Positions 42,432 to 53,965 of a DNA stretch of 64,000 nucleotides are shown here, in pieces. Position 1 is the stretch's first letter; each line of letters opens with the position of its first letter. This DNA is from Lepidodermella squamata (taxonomy: Eukaryota; Animalia; Gastrotricha), in the NCBI GenBank assembly GCA_047495785.1, contig JBLDXI010000017.1:992001-1056000 (forward strand). The letters are read 5' to 3'. The notes below the pieces were generated by a model. It was given only the letters and a program-made list of their open reading frames with translations. It was not told the DNA's origin and ran no database searches. Both the position numbers and the translations under genes were made by a program.

Positions 42432-44676
42432 TCACCATGTCGTGGATGCATTACTTCGAGACTGAGGTTTTACAGCGTTAGGCGAATCATGCGAGTGATC
42501 AAGATTATCGATAAGCTCTTCGTCACTTGGCACGCAGTGATTAGCGTACAGCGTCGCCAAAGTTGTAGCGACGCCTAACGCCACAAGAAAGATCCAAAAC
42601 AAAACTTGATCAGCAAATTCGGCTAATTCTTCCCACTCTATGAGATTATAAGTCTTGTCAATACGAGATTCGTAAGCTTCAGTGAGCCGTTCCATTGCCA
42701 TCCTCACTTCGTACATAGCTTTGAAAAGTTTGCGATCTTCCGCATCGGCAATACGAGCTTCTATCACTGCCCTAGGCTCTGAATAAGCGGACGATTTCCG
42801 CGTGAAAATAGGGCTGAATGCATTCCTATAAGAAAAAGGCATAAGCTAAATAAAGTTTTAAGCTGGATTATTTCACTTTGTGCAAAAAATTCGCAATTCC
42901 AGGTCAAGCCGGCGCCGATAGTACCGTAACTTGGCGGCTTTTGCCTTCAGTTTCTCATAATCTTCTTCAGCTTCTTTGACAGCTTGAGACACCCATTTTC
43001 CCCGTAAGCATCTGTACGCTCTAACGACAACCATCAACATCCGAGGGACGCGTTTGATAGTTGCGAATTCGTTTCCACATGATATTGTAGTTGGCTGGTA
43101 ATGTATTCCGAGGACTCCGATCGACAGCATCAAAGAGGTTGCACTCATAGCTTCAATTATGAAAAGGAAGACTTTGACCATTGGCATGTAACCAGAGTGT
43201 TCGGGAAGTTTCTTCCCGGAACTGAATAGGAAAACGGTCACTGAGAACAAAACAGCCGTTCCAAGGGAGAATTTTTCACTAGCCGCGGTAGGAAGCTTGA
43301 AAACTAAGCATCAAAGCTGTACAAATTTCGTACAATCAGAGCTACAACAACTAACCAGTCAATGCCATGACTCCGAGGACAAAAATGAAGTAGTGAATGT
43401 TCAACAAGTAATGCAGTGGCTTCCCTAAAAAGGAAACGAAAATATAGGATGATTCAAACTTAATGAATTGGCTTTGAACTTTGAAAGATAATGAAGAAGA
43501 AGATGTCTGTGTATGGCTCCGGGCAGCAGGCGTATTTGATGCTATTTCGACCAAGGTAGACATTTACCAAGTTCCATTTGCCATGAGAAATGAGCCGGCT
43601 AATATCGACGCCTGAGAAAAAGGAAAATCCAAAGACACCAAGACATATTGAGCAACCATGTACCGTCTGAACTATGGTGAAGGTCCATTTCCAATCCGCT
43701 ATGGGTCCAACTGCCAAATTTGAGGTGGCATACCTTAACAACTCACGAGGAGGGAAAATGCGTAAAATTCGTGGAAATGCTTACTTGCTTATCGAAAGGA
43801 AACCAAGTTGGATTAACATGGCAAGTGCTGATTACCTTCCTTGGACTTGCATAGAACACAGTTCCGTCAAAGAAGACCAAAGCCCGAAAAATCGCTTTTC
43901 TCTTCGAATAGTCGGACGCTGTGTTGTAGAGCTCAATGTCGGGAAGAAAAATGTAAGACTGAAAGAATTGAGACATTGATTTCTTGAGGTAATGGGGCTA
44001 TATTTAAATCACCGCTGGAACGTTTAGCATCGTGATCCCGTTGAAGTCCTTTGGATCCCATTTCAGAGCCGCGTCGATCCAACTCTGCGATGAACATTTT
44101 AAGGAAGCATGAGGATCCAGTCGTCGATCAACTCACCTCTTCATACCATACATTCATGCTAAGCTGCTGCAATTTATCATCCTAGCGTGCAACCTATACT
44201 TTCCAGGATGAAATTCGAAAAAATGAAAGACAAACCAGGTCGAAGATATGGTTGATGGATATTGAGAAGTTGACATTCAAAGCCTCGGAGGCTTTCGCAA
44301 CCGGCCGGACCTCGGGTTCGTAATCAATAAACAATGTGCACACCAGCCGCTGCTCATCTGTGACGTTGTTCAGCGGCGGATATCTATGCTCGGCTTTATG
44401 AGTATTGTTAAGAGCAAGGCTGCAGTCTTGCATAAAGCCTTCCCTGAACATATCTGTTGTTGTCTTATCGAGCACATTTGTGAGGGATTTGATTGCTGCG
44501 ATGTGCTGGAAGTATTCGTACTCCAGCTGGCTCAATGCCTCAGTATCGACGTGATCAACAGGCATCGGCCGATGCTTGACGATTCGGTTTCGCGCTCGGG
44601 AATCGAAACCGTGGTCAAAGGAGGCTACTCCCAAGACTTTAGTCATAATAACTAAGCAAAGGGCCAGTACAAACAT
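42432..44676 (-). CDS. Nicotinic-type Cys-loop ligand-gated ion channel alpha subunit, copy A (multi-exon)
   Basis: Signal peptide, VRPV, PDIELYNTA, Cys-loop CHVNPTWFPFDKQVC, FGSWTHSG, YACCPEPY, M1-M3, MA helix and M4 (EWEELAEFADQVLFW). Confidence 0.92.
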
Positions 44677-44800
44677 TGCTTTATTACAAATCGTTTTTTA
44701 AACACTGATTATTGCAAAAAGAGCGCACTAAGTCTATCGATCACGCGCAATTAACGAACAATTAATCCTTGAGGGATTAGAAAACGTAATTAGCACTGAA

Positions 44801-47133
44801 TCAGGGTGCAACTAGAGGTTGTAGTTGTTCGATCGAGTCGTGTCCATGGTCATCACTGTTAAGCACGGCGCTGTCTTCCGGCGTTGCTGTGTTTGATAGA
44901 ACGAAGGCCGTAATTGTTGCGGTAGCGATAGCGCACAGGAAAATCCAAAACAGAATTTTGTCCATGAATTCGGCTAGTTCGTGCCACTCAATGATATTCC
45001 GCGTCCTAACCAAGCCATTCTCGTAAGAATCAGCCAGACGTTCGATGGCTTCGTTAATTTCACCGAATCTACGAAGGAGTCGGAACTGCTGGATGTCAAC
45101 AGGTACCCATCGATTGGCAGATTGCCGAGATTTTATACCTCTGAGATTAGACGGCTTAATGTTAGTGACTATTTTCACCTCAGAAGTGGTCCGTCTGATG
45201 AAGGGAGGGCTGTCTACAGGTCTAAATTTCGGCGGAATTAGCCATGTATTTCAGAAAATATTTTTTACCTTGAAAATGACAATTGCCTCATTTCGAAGTC
45301 GATTTCTCTTTGATAACCGCGAAGTTTTCTGGCGAACTCAGCTTTTCGATCAAACTCTGCTAGCTTTTGCTTGACCAACTCACTAACCCAGTTGCCTTGA
45401 TACCGGCGATAGAATTGAACCAACGGCATCAGGTAGCTAGGTACTCGTTTCAAAGTGACAACACTTTTGTAAATTTTGGCGTTTTGAAAATGAATAGCAT
45501 GCACCCATGTTGTTATCATAAGGGAGATCGAGCTCATTGCCATTATCATAAATAAGTAGGCTTTGATGATAGGAATGTAGTCCGAATTTTCCGGAAGTTT
45601 CTCTCCCGATGATAGCATGAAAACCTAAACATTTCAGGTGAAATCAGGCATGACAGTGTCTGTTGATATTCTTACCGAAACTGAGAACAAAACCGCGGAT
45701 CCAAGACCACATTTTTCGCCGGCATCAATCGGCAGCTGATAAACTGAAAATAGTTTCAGGTTTCAAGTGTTTGGCATGAAGCGGCATTTCGTTCTCAAAC
45801 CTGATACAACCATCAGTCCGAGAGTGAAAGTGAAGAAATATACGTTGAGAATGTAATAGAGCGGCTTACCTGATTAAACGAGAACTCAAAAATTGAAGTA
45901 AATATAATCAAAACTTACGTCTCATCACGATGTAGTAGGTAATATCAATGTAAGGCTCATCGCAACACGAATAGGTCCGCGAATTTCTCCTTTGCAACAC
46001 TTTCAATAGATTCCATTTACCGTGAGGAATCAGCCTGCTCAAGTCAACACCTGAAACAGGATCCGTAGTAGTATTAAGGGAAAAGGATGAGTGGCACCTA
46101 CCGTCTCTGCCGTGTTGCATGTCTATTTGAAATCCGCTGTAAGACCAGCTGCCGAATTTCAGTCGACAAACCTATTGATCAATTTTGTTATCGCAATATC
46201 GCAATTCATGGAAACTACTTGAGTGTCGAAAGGAAACCAAGTCGGCACCACGTGACAAGTGCTGACGGTTTTCGTCGGATTGCCGAAGAACACCGAGCCG
46301 TCGTGGGATATCATCGCTCGAAATATAGCTTTTCTCCTTGAGTATTCAGCTGCGGTATTGTATAACTCAATATCCGGCACGAATATGTAGGACTGTAAAA
46401 TCAAAAATCAAACTAAATTCAGAATTCAGAGATAAGGTGGTAAGTTTACCGAGGGGAGATTGATGGATTTAATTCCGGAATAGTTGGCTGGGTCCCATTG
46501 CAGGAACTCGTCTTTCCAAGACTAGTTGGTTAGAATTGAGGCAATTAAACATACAATCACAATTTCTCTTACCGCTTCGTACCAAACATTCAGTGTCAAC
46601 TGTTGGAGGCGATCATCCTAATACATGTTACTAATTATTACAACAAAAAATACACATAACTTTTGGCTTACGAGATCGAAAATTTGATTGATTGATATAG
46701 TGAAATTCACCACCAACGGTTTTGTAACATCTCGAACAGGACGCACTAGAGCGGAGTAGTTGTGCATAAGAGCGCAGGTGAGACGCTGCTCATCGGGGAT
46801 GTCATTAATCGGAGGCACTCGACCGTAACCAGTGAAGTTATCAGCGAAAATCGGCGCGCAATCGACGATGAAGCCCTCTCGGTACAAATCGTTGGCGGTC
46901 AAGCATTGGATATTCGACAGCTGCGCCATAGCCGTTTGATGATCAACGTGAAATATGCTCATCCCGTCAGGGCCCATTTCATCAGTTTCATTTCCGCCGA
47001 CTTGATGGACGTGGACGGTCGATACCTTGCGATGAAACGCGCGGTGTGCCCCACGACCGGCAGGCGCTCTATAACCTGAAGATTTTCCAAAAGCTACCAA
47101 AATCACCACGAGAAATCGTAATAAGCGTCGCAT
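44801..47133 (-). CDS. Nicotinic-type Cys-loop channel alpha subunit, copy B
   Basis: PDIELYNTA, CHVVPTWFPFDTQVC, FGSWSYSG, YSCCDEPY, GEKCGLGSAVLFS, EWHELAEFMDKILFW. Confidence 0.92.
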
Positions 47134-47637
47134 TTTACATTTTACAAAAATGTCATTTATTCGTCACAAGAGTTAGCAACTTTGCTTTCGGTAATATGAC
47201 ACCACGCGTAATAATTGCAAATGTTCACTGATTATTGCGCGTTTATGGCGTCCGTACCATCGATGATCGTTTCATCACTCATTTTAATCAAATTATTAAT
47301 AGCATCGTAATTTATATCAAATCGATACTTTTGTGGTCGGGCCATGTGCCTAATATGAAGTTCTTTCCGCCGCTAGAGGAGGTGCGTTCTTAATTTTAAT
47401 TTTCGTTTTAGTGATGAAAATTCGTCGGTTCACTGCACCGGGAGATAAAGCACTAACATCGTCCATACAGCTGACGCCTCGGATACTGGTCTGGGTTAAA
47501 ATTTTATTTATCTCGACACCGGATGTTTGGGTTGTTATCAATTTTTGACCTATATCTCTTATCAAACCAAGGCCTTTTGATATAGGCGCTTTTCTCAGTT
47601 CACAACATTGATAGACTTGTAAGTTGCTGACCCTGGG

Positions 47638-49215
47638 ATGAAGACCTTTATTCAGTTGACTCTTAGTATTTTGTGTGCGATCGGGCTTCTTGTTTCGCCA
47701 CTGGAAGCTAGGCCGTCACGCAAAATTTATGCTGCCGAACCGCAAACTGACGACACCCGCTCTAGCCGGAAGACCGTGTCAGACCCGGGGCAGCCTTTGT
47801 TTTTAACACCTTACATCCAAGCGGGTCAGATTCAACAGGCCCAGCAGCTGGCGATGGTCCCTACACTTCTTGCGGGAGTTACGTCATACTCTGGCTACAT
47901 AACTGTCGACAACACTACAGGGGCTAACATGTTCTTCTGGGCTGTAAACGCTGACCAGGATCCCGAACATTCCCCGGTGGTGGTCTGGTTGCAGGGTGGC
48001 CCAGGAGCGTCGTCGATGTACGGCCTGTTTGTCGAGAACGGTCCATTTAAGTTGGACGCCAATTACAACATGTCACGCCGAACTACTTCTTGGACCAGTC
48101 TAGTCAACATGATCTACATTGACAACCCGGTTGGAACCGGATACTCGTTCGTCAACCAGGACAGCGGTTATTGCACGAACGAAGAACAAGTCGCTGACCA
48201 TTTGTATAAATTCATCGTTCAGTACTTTCAGCTGTTCCCCAAGCTCGCTCAAAATCCATTTTTCGTATCCGGGGAATCATACGGTGGCAAGTATGTACCT
48301 GCCTTTGGCGCGAAATTGGCTCAAATGGAGGAGTATTACAAGATGAGTGGCAAAGCTAACCCAGTTGCTAACCTGAGAGGCATTCTAGTTGGTAATGGCT
48401 TCACCGATCCTGAAACTGTAAGCTGAAAACTTACAAATAGGAGTAAACTTATTTTGTTCTTACAGATGCTGCCAATGGGAGGTGACCATCTTTACGCCCT
48501 TGGGTTGTTAACCGAGTCTCAACGCGAATACTACAACAGCCAGTACGATCTGGCGGTTACCTACATTAAGGATGGGCTCTTCAAACTCGCCTTCGATATC
48601 GATGATTACATGATCAATGCCGACTTTTACCCGTATCCCAGCTACTTCTTGAACGTCAGTGGCTGCTCGGATTATTTCAACTTCATGCTTTGCTTGGTAG
48701 GTTAATCGATGCGATTGAGAAGTTGATGAGCTAAAAATGCATTTTCACAGCAAGCGCCGCCTGAATTCAACTACTACGTCAACTACATTCAGCAAGACAA
48801 CATTCGCCGCGCGATTCACGTCGGAAACCGCCCATACGGTGCCACTGATTCAAAGGTTGAAATGATGCTGATAAACGATGTAATGGATACGAGCAAATAC
48901 CAAGTTGAGTACCTACTAACCCAAACTAAAGTTCCCGTCCTTTATTACAGCGGCAATCTCGATTTGATCGTCCCTACTGTAGCAACAGACAATTTTCTGC
49001 GATCATTGGACTGGCCTTATCGTAAAGATTGGCTGCATACCAAGCGGACAATCTGGACGGATGACAACGGTGAAGCAGTAGCATACTCGATTACAGTTGA
49101 TAAGTTGACCTACGTCGTGATTCGTAACGCTGGTCACATGGTTCCTTATGATCAACCTGAGATCGCTCTAGGCATGGTCAAGACCTTCCTTAATGAAGCT
49201 CTTCTGAAGAAGTAA
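47638..49215 (+). CDS. CPVL: Serine carboxypeptidase S10, CPVL-like (exons 47638-48417, 48466-48696, 48751-49215; ~491 aa)
   Basis: Signal peptide, GQPLFLTPYI, WLQGGPGASS, IDNPVGTGYS; catalytic GESYGG, GNLD and NAGHMVPYDQP. Confidence 0.93.
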
Positions 49216-49305
49216 GCTCCAGAAACAATTAATTTAAGACTAATTCCTCTGAAAGAAATTTGATTCCATTGAATGTGAATAAACGTTTGCTTTTACTTCA
49301 GAAAT

Positions 49306-51501
49306 TCATGAATGCTCGTAGCCAAGACTGTCTTCTATAGCGTGAATCATTTCGTCACCGTTAGGATTGTGTCGACTTGCATATCCGAACACAAAAGCAA
49401 TGGCGAAGATGAAAAGGGCAAGAAATAGCCAAAACAAAACAGCATCGACAAATTCTGCTAGTTCGTGCCATTCTAATAGCCTTAGTTCACGGGCCAATTT
49501 GATTTCATACGAATCGGCCAAGCTTTCGATAGCAACGTTAATTTCGTTCAGCCGATTTATCATAGTGAAGTCGTGGTAGTCTATTCGCTCGGCATCAGCT
49601 TCTGTATCACAAGTGTCGAGGTCAGATTTCATTGTCGGGAACGTAGCTGATAACTTGAGCTCAGAAAGGATAAATTTTGGTGGCTTTGACCTATTAAAAA
49701 TTGAAATAATGACAAGGATTAGGTGTCAATTTTGAAACTAGCCTTTTGAACGATGGGTGTCGCATTTCGAAATCAATGCATCTTTGATAGGCCCTCAATT
49801 GTTTAATAAGCTTCTTCCTTGCCTCATATTTTATCCGTCTCTTTTTCATACTATCAGCAACCCACTTCCCACGCCATTTGCGATAGAGCTTGAGAACTCC
49901 CATTAGAACTTCTGGAACTTTGCGGATAGTAGGGGTCTCATTTTGCTTTGCTGGGGCGCAGTGTTGGAAATGTATAGCGTGAATTCCAATCGTAAGCATT
50001 AGAGACATCGCAGTCATTCCCATGATAATGAAAAGGTAAACGTTGATGATCGGAATGTAATCGGAAGACTCGGGCATTTTCTCGGTTATGGACAGCATGA
50101 ACACCTTGGGTACAGACAGGTCATTAAATGAGCTGAATTTCTTAGTAATTTTAATATCAACTCACCGAGACTGAGAACAAAACAGCAGTACCTAAAGCGC
50201 ACTTCTCCCCTGAATCAATAGGAAGCTGGTAAACTGAAAGTGTCATAATGGACAACATAACAGTGAAGAAATAAACGTTCAGCAAGTAATACAGCGGTTT
50301 TCCTAAAAATTAAGCTCGTTCGCATGAAGTCTGAGCACTGATAACGTTTAACTCACTTTTTAGAACGAAATAGTAAGAAATGTCAATGTAAGGCTCTGGG
50401 CAACAAGTATAAATAACTGAATGCCGCTTTTGAACCACATCTAAAACATCCCACTTCCCGTTGACGATCAGCTGGCTCAAATCAACACCTTGATTCGAAA
50501 ATATATCGAGTTATAAAAAGAGCTCAACTTGAATTTCAGATATACTACCTCCTCTACTTGGTCGAAGGTCGATTTCCAAACCACTGTGGGTCCAGCTTCC
50601 GAATTTGAGATGGCAGACCTGGGTGTCGAATGGGAACCAAGTGGGGTTGATATGGCACGTGCTGATTAATTTAGCCGGATTCCCGTAGAAGACCACGCCC
50701 TCATAAGAAATCATTGCTCTGAATTGCGTCCTCCGTTTCGAGTAGTCAGCGGCCGTGTTGTAGAGCTCAATGTCAGGCGTGAAAATGTAGTACTGAAGCA
50801 GCACCCATTATGCAATTTACATGATTGAGCTACGAAGTAAATATACCGAGGGTAAATTGATTGATTTGAGGCCGCCAAATTTCGGAGGATCCCATTGCAA
50901 ACCAGGATCAAACCATGTCTGTGGGTTAACAATGTTGTCATCATGGCAAGATTGTCAAAATGAGCACTAACTTGTTCGTACCAAACGTTCATCATTAGCT
51001 GCTGATTTCGGTCATCCTAAAAAATCAAATTATTCCTTGTCGTTTAGTCGGTGTGTTGACTGTTACCAAATCAAAAAGCTGCGTCACAGTAAGGCTGAAA
51101 TTTACTATTAAGGTGTCGTCCCTATGAATAACCGGTCTGGCAGACGCACTGTAATTGTGAAGTAAGAAGCAGGTCAGCCTTTGTTCGTCGGTCGGTGGGA
51201 AATCATTGTAATTCTGGCGTTGAAATAACTTGGTGCAGTTTTGCCGAAATCCTTCACGGTACAAATCTGACGTAGTAGACGCAAGGACTTTCGGAGGAAG
51301 CTTGACATAGCTGGAATAGTAATCCACGTAATAGTGCTCGAGGCCAGTAGTCTGCTCACTCTCGGCGTGCTCCAGAACTTTAGCGCGAAATATCTCATCC
51401 TGAGTTAAGGGTATACCTTCATCGAGTATACCAAATCCAAAAATTGAATGAACCAATAGTGACCCAAAATATGCTGCTTGAACTAAATGTGAGGTCTTCA
51501 T
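49306..51501 (-). CDS. Nicotinic-type Cys-loop channel alpha subunit, copy C (alternative upstream ATG at 51558)
   Basis: PDIELYNTA, CHINPTWFPFDTQVCHLKFGSWTHSG, YTCCPEPY, SGEKCALGTAVLFS, EWHELAEFVDAVLFW. Confidence 0.92.
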
Positions 51502-51668
51502 AGCCAAAAATGCTGTGGTCCGTGGTAGCACGCCATAGGGACTACGCGCACCTGTCATAACCTGTCATGACATTTCGGATGTGGTTTATTAATGTGAGAA
51601 ATATTCATTACTTTCGCACTAATAAACAAAACATCGATTCGTGGCAGCCTATGCTAATCTACGCTCAA

Positions 51669-53798
51669 TTAATGCTTATGCTCAAAGTCCTCAATTATTT
51701 CCTGTCCGCTGGGTGTTGTAAGACCGGCCACGCCAAATGCGAGCGTAAACGAGCCCACGGTAAGATTGACGAAAAACCAAAATAGGATCGAATCAAGGTA
51801 GTGAGCCATCTCCTGCCAATCAAGCAGCAGAAATGCGCGGTCTATCTGCCTCTCATAACGCTCGGTTAGCCGCTCTATCGTGTAGTAAATCTCTTGCGTA
51901 GCCTTGATGATGTCCGCTTGAAATTTGTCCAATATTGGGATTCTCCTTTTGTGGCGCAGTCTCTCCAGCGTTCCTAACTCGTTCATTTCAGCTACGATCG
52001 ACGTATGGCGGCCTCTCAATCTCCTTCGCATCGATTCAGTATACCTGAAAGCAAAGGTTTAAGTGATTCACCAGGAAATTCTGTTACTAGTACCTGACGT
52101 TGATGAATTTGTTGAAGTCCCACGTAAAGCATTTTTGGTATTGTCGTAGTGCAGCCACAAACTGTCGTTTTTCGTTGTATTTTGCAACGATTTCCTCCGC
52201 GTAGTACCTTTGAGACTTCTTCAGACTCGCCCGGCGTTTCTGAACAAAGCGCCTAACCCATGGAGGAGCTGGTTTGACTTGTGGATAATCTTTGCCCCCA
52301 GGCAGATAAACCAGACTTCGGTGGTAGATGCTGCTGATAACCACGCTGACCATTAGAGAGAAAGCGCTCATCGTCGTGACTATGAAGAGATAGATGTTTA
52401 TAATTGGAACGTAGTCCGATGAGTGGGGCAGTTTTTCAGCTATCGAAAGCATGAAGACTGATGATGAAAAAAGAGTGGCAGTTCCCATGTTGAATCTCTC
52501 TCCAGCACTGTGAGGAAGCTTGTAGCTAGCTACTGTCATCAAAGCTAACATGACTGTAAAGAAGAAAATGCTGTAAAAGTAGTATTTCGCTTTCCCTAAG
52601 GAAAAATACTGTCACAAAGCAAGTAAACGAGTGAAAATCAACTCACGTTTCAAAACGAGGTAGTAAGAGATGTCGACGTAGCTGAAAAATGAATGCTGAA
52701 TTTATTCCTCGCCTTAATACTTACTGCAACTCACGGATCAGGGCAACATGTGTAAATTATGGAGTGACGTTTGCACGCCACGTCGATCAAGTCCCATTTC
52801 CCATTGGATTCCAGCCGGCTGAGATCGACTCCTAAATCACAGTTTCTGAAATGCAATTGCTGAGATCTTTCATAGTTAATCACCTCCACGATCCGGCTGA
52901 AGATCTATTTCATGCCCGCTGTAAGTCCAGCTACCAAACTTCAGGTGACATACCTTCGTCGAAAATTCTATGCTGGTCTTCTTTTTCTTGCAAGGAACAA
53001 CCTACCTGCACATCGAATGGGAACCAAGTCGGATTCAAATGGCAGGTGCTCAGGGTTTTAACAGGAATTCCGTAGAAAACCCGGCCGTTGTTGAATACCA
53101 TTGCTCGGAAGCGAACTTTCTTCTTGGAGTACTCCGCGGCAGTGTTGTAGAGCTCGATGTCGGGTATGAATATGTAGGCCTGTTGTCAGAAATTAACTTA
53201 TAGGAAACATTATTCAAACAAGCTACCGCTGGCATATTGATGCTGGTTAGGTTTCCAAAATCTTCGGGATCCCAAATTAGCGATATGTCCATCCAGGTTT
53301 GTACGAGCCATATATTCAGTTTTAAAGACTGGTGTTGGTCACTCTGCACGTGTAACATATACTTAATTTAGATAAAAACTTAGATATTAGAGCATGACTT
53401 ACCAAATCGAATATTTTATTAATCGCGACGGTGAAATTTACTGTAAGCAGATCCTCCTTATTTTTCACCGGTCTTACTGCGGGGTCATAGTTTTCCAGCA
53501 AATGACAGGTAAGCTTTTGCTCATCCGTTAGGCTACCCGTGAAATTCTCGGCTTTGAGCGCCTCGCAATCTTGTTGGAAACCTTTTCGTTGCACATCCGC
53601 TGTGTAATAGCCCAGAATTGGGGACAATATATGGTCAGCTACGTAGTGGTTAACCCCTTCCTTCCGACTAGAGCTAATTACATCTTGTCGTTCCAACAGT
53701 GATTCTTCATTGAGCGTTTCTACTTCAGCGGCCAGAATACGGTAAAATGTAAGCAGTATTAAAAAAGTAAGTTGTTTCAGAAGCGCGTTTGGTACCAT
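51669..53798 (-). CDS. Nicotinic-type Cys-loop channel alpha subunit, copy D
   Basis: PDIELYNTA, CHLNPTWFPFDVQVC, FGSWTYSG, YTCCPDPY (split by an intron), AGERFNMGTATLFS, DWQEMAHYLDSILFW. Confidence 0.92.
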
Positions 53799-53965
53799 TC
53801 GATATAAAGAATGGCAAAATCATCTCGAATTACTGGACATCATAAAAAAGAATTAGGACTTTTGGTACAAACTCTTGCAAAAAAACCGCTACATGATTTT
53901 ATTTCTTAATAATGCAAATGAGGTTATAGCAACAAAAAAGGAAGTGTCAGATCACAAATTTGGCT

